A stretch of DNA of 64,000 nucleotides. Origin: a virus. Made by a program: the position numbers and the translations under genes. The DNA lies in IMG/VR virus record IMGVR_UViG_3300033388_005265, positions 32,001 through 96,000 of that record. One strand, written 5' to 3'. Under the pieces are notes generated by a model. That model worked only from the letters and a program-made list of their open reading frames with translations. It made no database searches and was not told the origin of the DNA. This document shows, piece after piece, positions 1 to 10,070 of this stretch. How positions within the stretch are numbered: the first letter of the stretch is position 1; each line of letters opens with the position of its first letter.

Positions 1-2140
1 TCTTCAGGACGTTCTTAACCATCTTCTCCATATCAGGTAGAAATGTTGAGACGTTTGTAAACTTAAACCATCTCTTAAACATCTCTGCACAATCAACATG
101 ACTTGCTATTGCTACCTGCACTGGAGTGATTCCCATTCCTTCAATGAGATCAATACACTTTTTAGTGTGCTTTACTCCAGCGGATCCTGAATATCCATAC
201 GCCCATGGATTTCCATCAGACAACACAATCATTATCTTTTTGTTGTCCTTCTTCGCTACCTTTAAAAAGTCTTTAGCTATGGCGTGCATTGCTATGCCAT
301 CCATGTTCTGATATCTGGCTCTCAACTCAGATATAGACTCCTTATTAGGGTATCTTCTTATTACAACTTGATTTTCATCTCCATAACCTTCTGATTCTTC
401 TTGAGCACTGTGTCCATATATCTTTAACTCAACTGTCTTAGAGCCCATGAATGCTTCAGAGAATAGACATGCTAATGCTCTTGCTGCATCTATTCCTGGT
501 CCACCCATACTACCAGATTCATCTACAACAAGACATATTGATACACTGTTAGCTATATCAACATATGTTTTCTTATAGATTTTATCAGTGCTATTTGCTA
601 TAGCTAGCTTACCTCTGTCTAATGTTCCACGTCTTTGTGATGTAAGTGTAGTCTTTTTGGTTAAGTCTCTAAACTTCATCATCCTTTTAAGAGGTCCAAC
701 ATATGCATCAATACCTCTTTTAATTATGTCGTAATCATCTCTATCACCTTTCATTGTGTAGAAGTTTACATCAAAATTCTTGAAGTGTGTTAGTCCTTTT
801 TCAACTGGATCCTCTGCTTCATAACTTGAGTAGTCGTAATTCTCAAGCCTTTCAAGAGCAGACATAACTTCTGATTCTCCTTCTGACATTTCTCTTTTAT
901 TCATCATACCTAAAAGACTTTTGTTTGCCTCTAGTCTTTCAAGTACTTCTTGTAATGCTGATTCATTTATTCCGGATACATCTTCTGCTGGAGTTTCAAC
1001 TCCAATCTTACTTTGAGCAGATAGAATAACCATCATAGTCCGGGCAGCTTTTTCAAATATGTTATCCTTAGTAAGGTCAGAGATATCTACTATCCTTTCT
1101 AACATTGTATGTGTATTAACAATATCCGTATAAACTGTAGGATCTGTTGGCTCTATATGTGTCTTAGCAGCATCTAATACATCTTGAATCTTTTCCGGAT
1201 GTCTAATTGCAGTGTATGCTATATCAAGAGCAGTTAATGTCTTGAACTTTGTAACACCGGTGACCAGACGTTCAGCATAATAATAGTCTCTAAAGCTAGT
1301 TATATAATTTCTATACCCTGGACTATTTTTAATAACATCTTCTTCAACCATCTTTTCTGCAAGCATAGAAACAATATACTTAAGAAGCGTTGATACCTTC
1401 TCTGCATGTGCATGCTTTAAAGCATACTCTGATATCTTTCCTTTAGTTGCAGCAGTTATCCCAGTCTTAACAGACGAGTTACTCATGACTGCAGTCATTA
1501 GACATTGTCCACTAAGAATGTCAAGTCTTTCATTGAATGACTTAACAGAACTATCCATTAGAAGAACATCTGCCATGATAGGAACATTACTAGTCACAGG
1601 ACTTAGTATATTTCCAATACCACTGGCTGTATCAGCCTGAAATATGATATGTCTTTTAGTGGAAGAGTCATGTATAGCCATAAGGTTAGACACAAAGCTT
1701 TTTATATCTAGATGCTCACGAAGATTAGATATATCTGTAGCACTTCCTCCATAAGTAGTGGAATATGAAGCAGACCTAGAACTAAAAATAGAATTAGATC
1801 CGCCTGCATAATATGAACGTCCAGTACTGTATCCTGAATAAGCAGAGCCATATCCATCGTATGAGCCAGAACTATATCCTCCGTATGATCCGTATGACGT
1901 AGTGTCATCTTCTTCATCGTCATCTTCGTTTTTTCTGTCTTCCCACCATGATCTAGCAGCAGTCTCATGGGCACTTGGCTCGTGAGATGCAGACTTTTTC
2001 CACCAGGCATCCTTCTCTTCTTTTTCTTTCCCACTATCTTTAGAAGCAAGGTAGTCATCTAGCCAACTATACTTAGAGTCATCCTCTTCGTCAGTCTTTT
2101 TACTCTGTTGTTTTGCTATACTACTAAGCTTACTGCTCAT
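1..2140 (-). CDS. vWA (von Willebrand A) domain protein, CobT/NorD-like partner of the MoxR ATPase; runs off the window edge
   Basis: Not in the ORF track. Hand translation from ATG at 2140 (MSSKLSSIAKQ...); stretches checked at both ends share one frame. C-terminal MIDAS motif LVVDESGSMGG and IVLSDG. Confidence 0.85.
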   Translation of the reverse strand, partial: MSSKLSSIAKQQSKKTDEEDDSKYSWLDDYLASKDSGKEKEEKDAWWKKSASHEPSAHETAARSWWEDRKNEDDDEEDDTTSYGSYGGYSSGSYDGYGSAYSGYSTGRSYYAGGSNSIFSSRSASYSTTYGGSATDISNLREHLDIKSFVSNLMAIHDSSTKRHIIFQADTASGIGNILSPVTSNVPIMADVLLMDSSVKSFNERLDILSGQCLMTAVMSNSSVKTGITAATKGKISEYALKHAHAEKVSTLLKYIVSMLAEKMVEEDVIKNSPGYRNYITSFRDYYYAERLVTGVTKFKTLTALDIAYTAIRHPEKIQDVLDAAKTHIEPTDPTVYTDIVNTHTMLERIVDISDLTKDNIFEKAARTMMVILSAQSKIGVETPAEDVSGINESALQEVLERLEANKSLLGMMNKREMSEGESEVMSALERLENYDYSSYEAEDPVEKGLTHFKNFDVNFYTMKGDRDDYDIIKRGIDAYVGPLKRMMKFRDLTKKTTLTSQRRGTLDRGKLAIANSTDKIYKKTYVDIANSVSICLVVDESGSMGGPGIDAARALACLFSEAFMGSKTVELKIYGHSAQEESEGYGDENQVVIRRYPNKESISELRARYQNMDGIAMHAIAKDFLKVAKKDNKKIMIVLSDGNPWAYGYSGSAGVKHTKKCIDLIEGMGITPVQVAIASHVDCAEMFKRWFKFTNVSTFLPDMEKMVKNVLK

Positions 2141-2142
2141 TA

Positions 2143-3249
2143 TTAGCCCTTCTTCTGTAAAGCTTGTTTAATCTTAGTTGCATCTGATGATGCAGTACCA
2201 TCGTCATCAAAGAAAGGTAGTATTGATGCCTCTATACTTCTATTGAAGCTAAATCCATCAGCTATCATATCTCCAGCCTCGATAGTCATTCTTGTAGACA
2301 CTGGTGAATATACTTCACCTGCCTTCCACATACCTCTGCATGTTTCTGCAAAGTCTGCTACCATTTCTGCATCTTCTGCACTGATACCAGTACGTTCAAT
2401 AAGCAGAGCCTTCTCTTGATCCTTATTAAGATAGTCTATTTCTATGATTGATACTCTATCTTTGAATGCACGGTCAAGTATATTTGTTCCTACATACTCA
2501 TCACCAATGTTTGCTGTTCCTATAAGCACACAAGACTTGCTCTTTTTAACAACTGGAAGCTCAGGATGCTCATCAAGCTCAAGATATCCCTGACCATCAA
2601 GAAGAGTCAACATCATGTTGTTAACTTCTGGATTGCTTCTGTTAATCTCATCCATTAGTATGACTGACTTGTCTCTTTGTATGTCTGTAACAAACCTTGA
2701 CTCTACAAAATTAGTTACATTACATTTTCCAGACTCATCCATAACAAGATTAACAGATCCGATAAGTTTGCTTCTTGGATCCATAGCATTACCTAAGTTA
2801 TAGGCGCTGTAGTTATACTCTAGGACTTCTGCTGCATGCTTAACAAGCTCACTTTTTCCTGATCCTGTAGGACCAACCAGAACTGTATGCTTTCCTTTGA
2901 ATATGTTTCTCAATAGTAGAGTCCATGTTTCGTCATCTACTATGAATCCATCTGGCTTTGGTGCTTCACGAAGAGTTTCATATAGGCTTTTCTTTGCCTT
3001 CTCTACTGCACTCTTTGTTATGCTACCACTTCCATACCAGAAGTTTCCTTTTGCCCTGTGCTTTAGTTTTGTACAGGAGAAGATATCTCCTTCTACCGGG
3101 GATAGACGATCTGAAATCTTTTTATTAATAACAACCTTACTTCCTGCTAGTACCTGTGTACCATCCACGTCAGTGGAGTTGCTCATCAATGAGAACTTTC
3201 TGTTTTTCTCAAATCTTATTTTTACTGCTCCTCTATCTGTATCACTCAT
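2143..3249 (-). CDS. MoxR-family AAA+ ATPase (CbbQ/NorQ/CobS-like)
   Basis: Walker A GPTGSGKS, Walker B ILMDEINR, IGTAN, LDRAFKDR, STR in lid; adjacent to vWA gene. Confidence 0.9.
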   Translation of the reverse strand: MSDTDRGAVKIRFEKNRKFSLMSNSTDVDGTQVLAGSKVVINKKISDRLSPVEGDIFSCTKLKHRAKGNFWYGSGSITKSAVEKAKKSLYETLREAPKPDGFIVDDETWTLLLRNIFKGKHTVLVGPTGSGKSELVKHAAEVLEYNYSAYNLGNAMDPRSKLIGSVNLVMDESGKCNVTNFVESRFVTDIQRDKSVILMDEINRSNPEVNNMMLTLLDGQGYLELDEHPELPVVKKSKSCVLIGTANIGDEYVGTNILDRAFKDRVSIIEIDYLNKDQEKALLIERTGISAEDAEMVADFAETCRGMWKAGEVYSPVSTRMTIEAGDMIADGFSFNRSIEASILPFFDDDGTASSDATKIKQALQKKG

Positions 3250-3272
3250 CTCTCACTCTCTCCTTTACTCTT

Positions 3273-3557
3273 TTATGTTTTTTTTAACTCTGGCTCCCCA
3301 GATATATAACCTGTTTCAAGCTTAGCAGCATGCTTAGCATATGATAGTGTCATACTAACTACTATTCCAACAAGACCAGCAGCTATTAGTGCAGTTGCAG
3401 TTCCACCTAGGAACATATATGTTACTCCAGCAGCTAATGCATCGGTCAGGATGTCACCTTTAAGTAGCATCTTTTTCATCCAGCCTGGCAGCTTTCTATA
3501 TAGTAAAACCATTCCTATAAAAGTTACTGTTGCTAGAGCGAATGCGTTAAATATCAT
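3273..3557 (-). CDS. small membrane protein
   Basis: 2-3 hydrophobic segments; strong SD (aaggag). Confidence 0.65.
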   Translation of the reverse strand: MIFNAFALATVTFIGMVLLYRKLPGWMKKMLLKGDILTDALAAGVTYMFLGGTATALIAAGLVGIVVSMTLSYAKHAAKLETGYISGEPELKKT

Positions 3558-3602
3558 TGTGTATCTCCTTTAAGATTTTTAATAAAGAGATAGAATATTA
3601 TT

Positions 3603-4184
3603 TTAATGAGGTGGCGGTGACATTTTTATTTCATACCCATTATTAATTGTAATATCGTTAATGAGTTTGTAGCTATACTTAAGCTGCTCTATGATCCCTT
3701 TCCAAAAGTCCTTAACGATCTGTGCATTATATATAACATCGTCATACTCTTGAACACCATTACTTGCTATTGTTTGTAGTGTTGTAGAAGCTGGAGCTTT
3801 ACCATCCTTACCTGTTCTTGCATCGGTAGTCTCTCTATACTTTTCTCTGTATGCCTTCTCTCTTTCAGATCCATAAGCTTTTTCAAGGGCGCCTGCTCTA
3901 CTATAATAGAACGATGCTTCTTGATGCTTCTCTGAGAGCTCAGCTAACAACTGCTTACACTTGGATGGATGCGCATCTTTTTCTATCTTAATATAGAAAT
4001 GCTCTCTCCATTCAGGCATAGTCTTACCATCTATTCTGTACTGAGTATAGAACTTTTCGTTAACCCTATTAAAGGTCTCTTTGCTATCTTTAACTTTCTC
4101 TATAAAGTCTTTGGCTTGGTCGTCTTTAAGATCTTTGATTTTAGACATAGCCGATCTAACTAATTTACTATCTGCTGCACCCAT
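3603..4184 (-). CDS. helical hypothetical protein, possibly UvsY-like recombination mediator
   Basis: Helical and charged; C-terminal pattern (IVKDFWKGIIEQLK) loosely recalls UvsY; weak call. Confidence 0.4.
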   Translation of the reverse strand: MGAADSKLVRSAMSKIKDLKDDQAKDFIEKVKDSKETFNRVNEKFYTQYRIDGKTMPEWREHFYIKIEKDAHPSKCKQLLAELSEKHQEASFYYSRAGALEKAYGSEREKAYREKYRETTDARTGKDGKAPASTTLQTIASNGVQEYDDVIYNAQIVKDFWKGIIEQLKYSYKLINDITINNGYEIKMSPPPH

Positions 4185-4200
4185 CTCTCACTCTCTCCTC

Positions 4201-4229
4201 AAAAAACAAGGCTGCCCGGAGGCAGCCTA
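4201..4229 (-). terminator. Rho-independent terminator
   Basis: Minus strand AGGCTGCC-TCCG-GGCAGCCT followed by TGTTTTTT. Confidence 0.85.
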
Positions 4230-4235
4230 GTATTA

Positions 4236-4490
4236 CTAATCAACATTAATAAGATTCTCAATGTTGGTCTTGATGTTCTCGGCTTGCTTCTTACTCTTAC
4301 TGAGACATTCTTTCTTCTCAGTAACATCTTTCTTGACAGTGTTGAATACCTTTTCAGCATCTGAAAGTTTTTCATCTGCTTTGCCATCTTCAACAACCAC
4401 TTCCTCTATACCAAGCTGTAGCTCGGTGATTTGTTTCCTGAAGTTTGATACAACCTTATCAATTCTTGCTACGCCTTTTTCAAAAGCCAT
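4236..4490 (-). CDS. coiled-coil hypothetical protein
   Basis: SD ggag, heptad-like pattern, followed by terminator. Confidence 0.7.
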   Translation of the reverse strand: MAFEKGVARIDKVVSNFRKQITELQLGIEEVVVEDGKADEKLSDAEKVFNTVKKDVTEKKECLSKSKKQAENIKTNIENLINVD

Positions 4491-4514
4491 TTCTTACTCC
4501 TTAAGTGAGTTTAA

Positions 4515-4922
4515 TTACGTTGTTGGCACAGCCGGTACATCAACCTCAAGCATAGATCTCTCGATACTTGTAAGACCTTTTACACTGTCGAAGAATGCAG
4601 ATTTACATTCAGTAAGTCTCCTAAGACCCTTCTCGAATGCACCTACTTTCTGAAGCTGCGTAAGAGCTTCCTCCCTTCTGACAACGTTCTCTGACAGATG
4701 ACTTGAGGTAGCTTCTACTGCTCTACCATGAGCCTTGTCCCTTCCTTTTGTCTTCCTGGGATTCTCAGTTGGAGAACAAATAGCTACTCCTCTGGCGAAC
4801 TTTGTAAGTCTCTTATTGTGCATCAGGCACACGGTGATAATTGGCTTACCATCCTTGTCGCTTAGCGTGTAGAACCTTTCTTTGTAGCCGGCTGGTTGTT
4901 TCCTTACTGTTGTCTTGCTCAT
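4515..4922 (-). CDS. hypothetical phage protein
   Basis: SD aaggag; globular sequence with ARGVAICSP..GR..A.GRA motif. Confidence 0.7.
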   Translation of the reverse strand: MSKTTVRKQPAGYKERFYTLSDKDGKPIITVCLMHNKRLTKFARGVAICSPTENPRKTKGRDKAHGRAVEATSSHLSENVVRREEALTQLQKVGAFEKGLRRLTECKSAFFDSVKGLTSIERSMLEVDVPAVPTT

Positions 4923-4953
4923 CTTACATCTCCTTGTTTTGTTTTTTTTATTT

Positions 4954-5973
4954 TTATATTAAAGATTTTAATCTGTCTATTTCATTTCCACTTATATCTA
5001 ATGCTTCGTGTAAGCCGTCAAGCGATCCATACATTACAGATAAACCATTGTATAAGCAGTGCGTAAATTCTGATATCTTTACATCGTTTACGTCATCGTA
5101 ATCTAAGAAGCTTACAGTGCTTCCTGCCTTACCATTTAACTCTGATTCTGGTACTCTATAAGGACAGCCGGTCATTTTTCCTTCAGGCCATATAGAAACA
5201 TGATCTATTCCAGCTCTACATGTATAAGTTGTATCGTTTATAAGATTTCTTAACACAGTCTTTACACATGCGTCTATATCTATCTTGTCTCCGAATACTT
5301 TCTTGTATTTCATAGCAGTCTTGACATAATCTTCGAATACATCTTTGAACTGCTGCATATGATCGTTGTTGAATAAATTCTTAATTGGTTTATTCATTAT
5401 TAGGTGTATAGAATCTGCAAATGATTCAGCATATGAAAGTGTTAAGTAGTCATGGTCAATCTCTTCATTTGAACTTGCACCAGATGGCTCTAGTAAAAAG
5501 TTTATATTTATATGAAGATCAGGATGATTTGCTATGATCCCTTCCATTGCATCTGTAGCTTCCATTCTTGCACCAAGTCCCATCTTATCCCACTTGACTC
5601 TATCAAATGAGACGTTTAGTGCACTACACTCACTGAAATCTATAATATCTGCGTAAACTTCAATGCTATTTACAGAAAATGCATAATGAACTTTTTCTTT
5701 GTCCATCTTTCTTATAAATGGTTTACATGTTTGATATGACCATACTGCATCACCTTCATCAAGATCATTAAAACTAATAGTTACCTGATTAAACTCAGCC
5801 ATATCTTTACTGACTGCAGTTTCTATCTCAGACATACTCTTGATGAACTCGGCAGAACTATAATCAGATCCTTTCAGAGCATAGCACCCTTTACATCCAA
5901 CATTACATTTGTAATCTGGTTGTACAAACAATGAAGTCTTATGAATTCTGCCTTTTGTGAGATTCTTAATCAT
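4954..5973 (-). CDS. radical SAM protein with SPASM/twitch-like C-terminal Cys motif
   Basis: CNVGCKGCY (CxxxCxxC); CRAG....SIWPEGKMTGCPY twitch-like motif. Confidence 0.85.
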   Translation of the reverse strand: MIKNLTKGRIHKTSLFVQPDYKCNVGCKGCYALKGSDYSSAEFIKSMSEIETAVSKDMAEFNQVTISFNDLDEGDAVWSYQTCKPFIRKMDKEKVHYAFSVNSIEVYADIIDFSECSALNVSFDRVKWDKMGLGARMEATDAMEGIIANHPDLHININFLLEPSGASSNEEIDHDYLTLSYAESFADSIHLIMNKPIKNLFNNDHMQQFKDVFEDYVKTAMKYKKVFGDKIDIDACVKTVLRNLINDTTYTCRAGIDHVSIWPEGKMTGCPYRVPESELNGKAGSTVSFLDYDDVNDVKISEFTHCLYNGLSVMYGSLDGLHEALDISGNEIDRLKSLI

Positions 5974-6048
5974 GTTATCCTTTTTTTTAATTAGTCTTAT
6001 TCTTTCTAGTTAGTGCGCCTCTTTCGAGGCAGACCTTCCAGACTCTTA

Positions 6049-6234
6049 TCAGTCGTCCCTATAGTTCGGCAGCGACTCTCTGTAATGGAACTCTTCCGTT
6101 ACGTTTTCATCCTCGATCTCACGCCCCGCAACGAGCTGTGCAGTAACTTCCGTACAGCTTTCGCCTTTAATTCCGTTGACTTCGAACGTGGTCTTACCAC
6201 TTTTATGATCTATACACACAATTACTTGTGACAT
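6049..6234 (-). CDS. DUF2997-family small protein
   Basis: FEVNGIKGESCTEVT...TEEFH signature; lies next to DUF1257 and Ycf46. Confidence 0.8.
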   Translation of the reverse strand: MSQVIVCIDHKSGKTTFEVNGIKGESCTEVTAQLVAGREIEDENVTEEFHYRESLPNYRDD

Positions 6235-6291
6235 TTTTGTACTCCTTTCAGTCTTAAAAATTTTATTTACAGAACCTAGTATATTAGGATT

Positions 6292-6690
6292 CTAGTTGTG
6301 CGGATTAGTGGCAGTGAACTCAATTTGTCCACGCTCATTGACCTGGAAGTCATCTTCGTTGTCAACGAAATAACCAAGTCCTTCCAGCTTGTCGACGGCA
6401 TCTTCGATGTAATACCTTGTAGACAATTGTTCTGTAAGATCTCTTTGGTTGAACTTACCGTAGTAGAAATCTCCTACGAACGCCAGGTTTCCATCATCCT
6501 CTTTCACAAGACCGAGATGTCCTTTGCCATCTTCAATCTTGATATCTACATTCGCAGTTCTACCTTCAGCTGTAACTGAAAGCTGTTTCTTACTGGTAGA
6601 TACCTCGTGATTTATACCAAGCTTTGTAAGTGCCTTGGAAGCAATTGCTATGTCCTCCAGCTTTGTAGAAACCTTTACCCAATGTGACAT
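6292..6690 (-). CDS. ycf35: DUF1257 / Ycf35-family protein
   Basis: N-terminus MSHWVKVSTKLED...KAL.KLG; GL...DG...FVGD.Y. Confidence 0.8.
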   Translation of the reverse strand: MSHWVKVSTKLEDIAIASKALTKLGINHEVSTSKKQLSVTAEGRTANVDIKIEDGKGHLGLVKEDDGNLAFVGDFYYGKFNQRDLTEQLSTRYYIEDAVDKLEGLGYFVDNEDDFQVNERGQIEFTATNPHN

Positions 6691-6716
6691 TTGAAACTCC
6701 TTTCTTTAATGTTTAA

Positions 6717-8510
6717 TTACGATTTTTTTTCTGTTGTCTTCTTTGCGACAGCGGAACCTTTCACAATACCACCAAGACCTTTCGAGATACTGGTCTTTAC
6801 TTTCTTCTTCTTGCCTGACCTGTTACTAAGAGCTTCGCTAGACGCAAATCTTGCCTTATCATCAGCCCAGCTTCTTAGTGTACCGATCTTATCTGCCATC
6901 TGCTTGGAGATAGGCTTAAGTTCACCACAAGCCTGAAGAACATGCTCAGATGAAACCTTCTTAGCTCCGAGTGTATACGCAGATGCTATAGACTCCTGAA
7001 CGATCTTCTCGATTTCTGCACCGGTATAACCATTAGTCTGTGCAACAATCTCTTTGATATCGAAATCTTCAGGGTTCCTGTCTCTTTTCTTGAGATGGAT
7101 CCTAAGAATCTCTTCTCTTTCAGCATCTACAGGAAGATCAACAAAGAATACTTCATTGAACCTTCTGATAAGCTCAGGTGGCAGCTGGGATACATCGTTT
7201 GCAGTAGCGATTACAACAACATCTTCTTCGCATTCCTGCATCCAGGTAAGCAGAGTACCAAACACTCTTGCTGTAGTTCCACCATCTGTGCTTCCACTGC
7301 TTTGAGTACCGGAGAGACCTTTCTCCATTTCATCTATCCACAGGATACATGGAGCACATGCAGCAGCATGCTTTAGAGCATCTCTCATTCTTTGTTCTGA
7401 CTGTCCAACCAGAGAGCCCATGATCTTACCGACATCCATTCTCAGGAGTGGAAGTTTCCACATGCTTGCAACCGCTTTCGCAGCCAGTGACTTACCTGTA
7501 CCTGCTATACCGGTAAGAACGACACCTTTAAGAGCTTCAACTCCGAATTCTTTTGCTTCGTCGCTGAATGATGAACGATACTTGTCGAAATATCTCTTGA
7601 GCTCATCAAGTCCACCAACATCATCCATAGATGCAGACAGGCTAAGAACTTCAAGTATATCAGACTTTTTGATCGCCTGTTTCTTGTGCTCAAGAACTGC
7701 TTGAACGTCGATTGTACCTGTGTCAATCAGAGATGTTGCCATAGCTCTGGTAAACTCATCGAATGTCATACCCTGACCGGCACGTGCAATCTCTTGTATG
7801 CCATCGTCATCAAGGTCAATAAGATCTGGCAGACCTTCTTCTTTCTTAGCTGCATTGATCTCTACAACCGCAGTCCTTACGATATCTTCAAGCTCATCTC
7901 TATTCAGAAGATCGTAATCGAGAACAACGATATCCTTTTCAAGAGTTATTGGAAGACCGCCACCTCTGTTGCTTTGGCTGAACCCTATCTCTGGAGCTAC
8001 TACAATGATAGAGATCGGAGGACTATCGTCTCTCTTAGCCAGCCAGTTGATTGTATCCCTCATCTGTCTTGGGATAGGCTCATTGAATACAGTGTGCATA
8101 TCTTTCATGAAGAACACTGCGCCATTCGCCTTATCAGTAACCTCGTAGTTGGCAATGTTTCTTAGTGCCAGCGAAGGATTGTAAGACTTAGGGAATTCAG
8201 CTGTGCTTGGCTCATTGTCATCGCATGTAAATCTTTGATCACGCTCTGAATCCCTGATGATACCTGTGAATGATGACCAATGCAGAACCTCTACACCATT
8301 CGGGAATGCTACATGCTCCCTGAAATCCTTAATCAATCTTTCTTCTTCCGACGTTACACAGTATATCAGCTGTGTGTTTGCCATAACCAGGGTCTTAAGT
8401 TCACTAAGAGCCCTTGGAATACCTCCGGACTTCTTAACGACTCGCCGCCTTTTTGATACTGCAGGTGGCTTTACTTCATCTTTAACTGCTACTTCTTTTC
8501 CTGTCGCCAT
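6717..8510 (-). CDS. ycf46: Ycf46-family AAA+ ATPase
   Basis: TSEEER and MKDMH in degenerate N-terminal AAA; DVGGLDELK, GIAGTGKS, LWIDEMEK, ATAN, PPELIRRF, GAEIE. Confidence 0.88.
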   Translation of the reverse strand: MATGKEVAVKDEVKPPAVSKRRRVVKKSGGIPRALSELKTLVMANTQLIYCVTSEEERLIKDFREHVAFPNGVEVLHWSSFTGIIRDSERDQRFTCDDNEPSTAEFPKSYNPSLALRNIANYEVTDKANGAVFFMKDMHTVFNEPIPRQMRDTINWLAKRDDSPPISIIVVAPEIGFSQSNRGGGLPITLEKDIVVLDYDLLNRDELEDIVRTAVVEINAAKKEEGLPDLIDLDDDGIQEIARAGQGMTFDEFTRAMATSLIDTGTIDVQAVLEHKKQAIKKSDILEVLSLSASMDDVGGLDELKRYFDKYRSSFSDEAKEFGVEALKGVVLTGIAGTGKSLAAKAVASMWKLPLLRMDVGKIMGSLVGQSEQRMRDALKHAAACAPCILWIDEMEKGLSGTQSSGSTDGGTTARVFGTLLTWMQECEEDVVVIATANDVSQLPPELIRRFNEVFFVDLPVDAEREEILRIHLKKRDRNPEDFDIKEIVAQTNGYTGAEIEKIVQESIASAYTLGAKKVSSEHVLQACGELKPISKQMADKIGTLRSWADDKARFASSEALSNRSGKKKKVKTSISKGLGGIVKGSAVAKKTTEKKS

Positions 8511-8513
8511 ATT

Positions 8514-8819
8514 CTACTTCTCCTTTTTTATTTTTATAGTTTTTAAATGAATATTTTTTGAATCACAGTTTTCACAACTGGCTTTAAACTTGGCGAACTC
8601 TTTACTAACGTCTTCATCTTCAAACAGAGGCATTATTGTTTCACATTCTTGACAGTAATACTGATACTCCTTTCCTTCAATCACTACTGCTTCAAGAACA
8701 CCTAGTAATGTACGATCTACCTTACTTATCAGTCTAGGTCCATATTTTTTTAGCTGATAGTAGCAGAATGACATTCCGAATTCTGTTATGAGACTTCTTA
8801 CTAATGGGTTTATAATCAT
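8514..8819 (-). CDS. zinc-ribbon hypothetical protein
   Basis: CQEC...CENC. Confidence 0.6.
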   Translation of the reverse strand: MIINPLVRSLITEFGMSFCYYQLKKYGPRLISKVDRTLLGVLEAVVIEGKEYQYYCQECETIMPLFEDEDVSKEFAKFKASCENCDSKNIHLKTIKIKKEK

Positions 8820-9421
8820 GAGGCTTCATCATCTTCCTTTCGTCTTTCAAATTTTATTGTCTTGGCATTGAATCCAAGCACTGATAACATGATTGCTATG
8901 TATTCGTCAACTGTCATAAGAACATCATATGTATTTTCATGTCCTTCAAAGTCTTTAACGCTGTCAAATATACCAATTACATCACCACTATTATTTGTTA
9001 TAACGATTGGTTTTTTATAAGACCTCTTGTAAGTCTCTATGAACGCGGCTATTTTATCCCTGTCTAGTATGTCAGGCAATGAGCCTATGTTAACATCAAG
9101 AATACTTATGTCTGCTCTCTTATTTTTACTTAAGAATTCACTTATATTTAATTTAATTGTTTCAAGAGCTTTAAGCTTTTCATCTGTCTTCATATCACCT
9201 GATACATCTATTAGAGTAGCTCTTTCAAGCTTCTTTAATACTTGTTGATCAGTAGCAAAGACAAGATCATTATCCGGATGTTTCTTGCCGGCATAGCCTT
9301 TTATATCCCTGATTATAATAAAGCCTTCTGGCTCTAAATCTGGTGAGACATCCGAGAACGCTAGAAAGAATGCCTTCTTAGCAGTCTGTACGTCCTTAGT
9401 GTATACATATATCTTACTCAT
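8816..9421 (-). CDS. hypothetical protein
   Basis: Long ORF; start moved to MSKIYV (9421), which has an SD. Confidence 0.65.
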   Translation of the reverse strand: MSKIYVYTKDVQTAKKAFFLAFSDVSPDLEPEGFIIIRDIKGYAGKKHPDNDLVFATDQQVLKKLERATLIDVSGDMKTDEKLKALETIKLNISEFLSKNKRADISILDVNIGSLPDILDRDKIAAFIETYKRSYKKPIVITNNSGDVIGIFDSVKDFEGHENTYDVLMTVDEYIAIMLSVLGFNAKTIKFERRKEDDEAS

Positions 9422-10070
9422 CTTTCTCCTCGTCATCGTCGTCGTCATCTTTCTTATCAAACGCACCAGATTCCTTCATGCTTTGAACAGCCCTATCGAG
9501 AACTTCTGAAAGCTCACCGGTCATAGCTGCCTTTGTTGCAAGGTCTTGAACTTCCCCTCTTGCTTTTATAAGGTCAAGTTCATCTTGAGTGATGTCTTCT
9601 CTGGTAGACTCTATCTGAAGATTACTTTCTCTTAACATGTTACCCATTAGGAATCCATGCATTACAGCAGTGACAGCAATCTCTTTTGCTAATGGATTAG
9701 ACAGTATGAATAGTGCTGTTTCACCTTCGAATGTATCTATTGCCCAGTTAGCTATTGAACTAAACAGGAACGGTTGTACCATACTTGCAAGTGCACTCTT
9801 GCTATCATCCATTTCCTCTTTGATATATTCATTTATATTTTGAACCATCTCTGGCATTGACTGCTCTTCATCATCTTCATCAACTATTCTGGTACTAAGC
9901 TTTACCATGTCCTTAGTGTTAATGATGACTGCTTCTGCACTCTTAAACATATTTAACATGTGCTCAACCATACGCGGATCAAGTCTTGGATGATCTCCTT
10001 CTACATGCTCTGAAGATTCTTCTGAGTCATCGAACTCATATACATTTTTCTTATCCTTTTTATCCGCCAT
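9414..10070 (-). CDS. acidic hypothetical protein
   Basis: Long ORF; start moved to MADKKD (SD ggag). Confidence 0.65.
   Translation of the reverse strand: MADKKDKKNVYEFDDSEESSEHVEGDHPRLDPRMVEHMLNMFKSAEAVIINTKDMVKLSTRIVDEDDEEQSMPEMVQNINEYIKEEMDDSKSALASMVQPFLFSSIANWAIDTFEGETALFILSNPLAKEIAVTAVMHGFLMGNMLRESNLQIESTREDITQDELDLIKARGEVQDLATKAAMTGELSEVLDRAVQSMKESGAFDKKDDDDDDEEKDE

Noticed and set aside
1708-2058. 116-aa minus-strand ORF in the track
   Set aside because: It is an alternative frame inside the longer vWA gene (1-2140), which the track missed because that gene runs off the window edge
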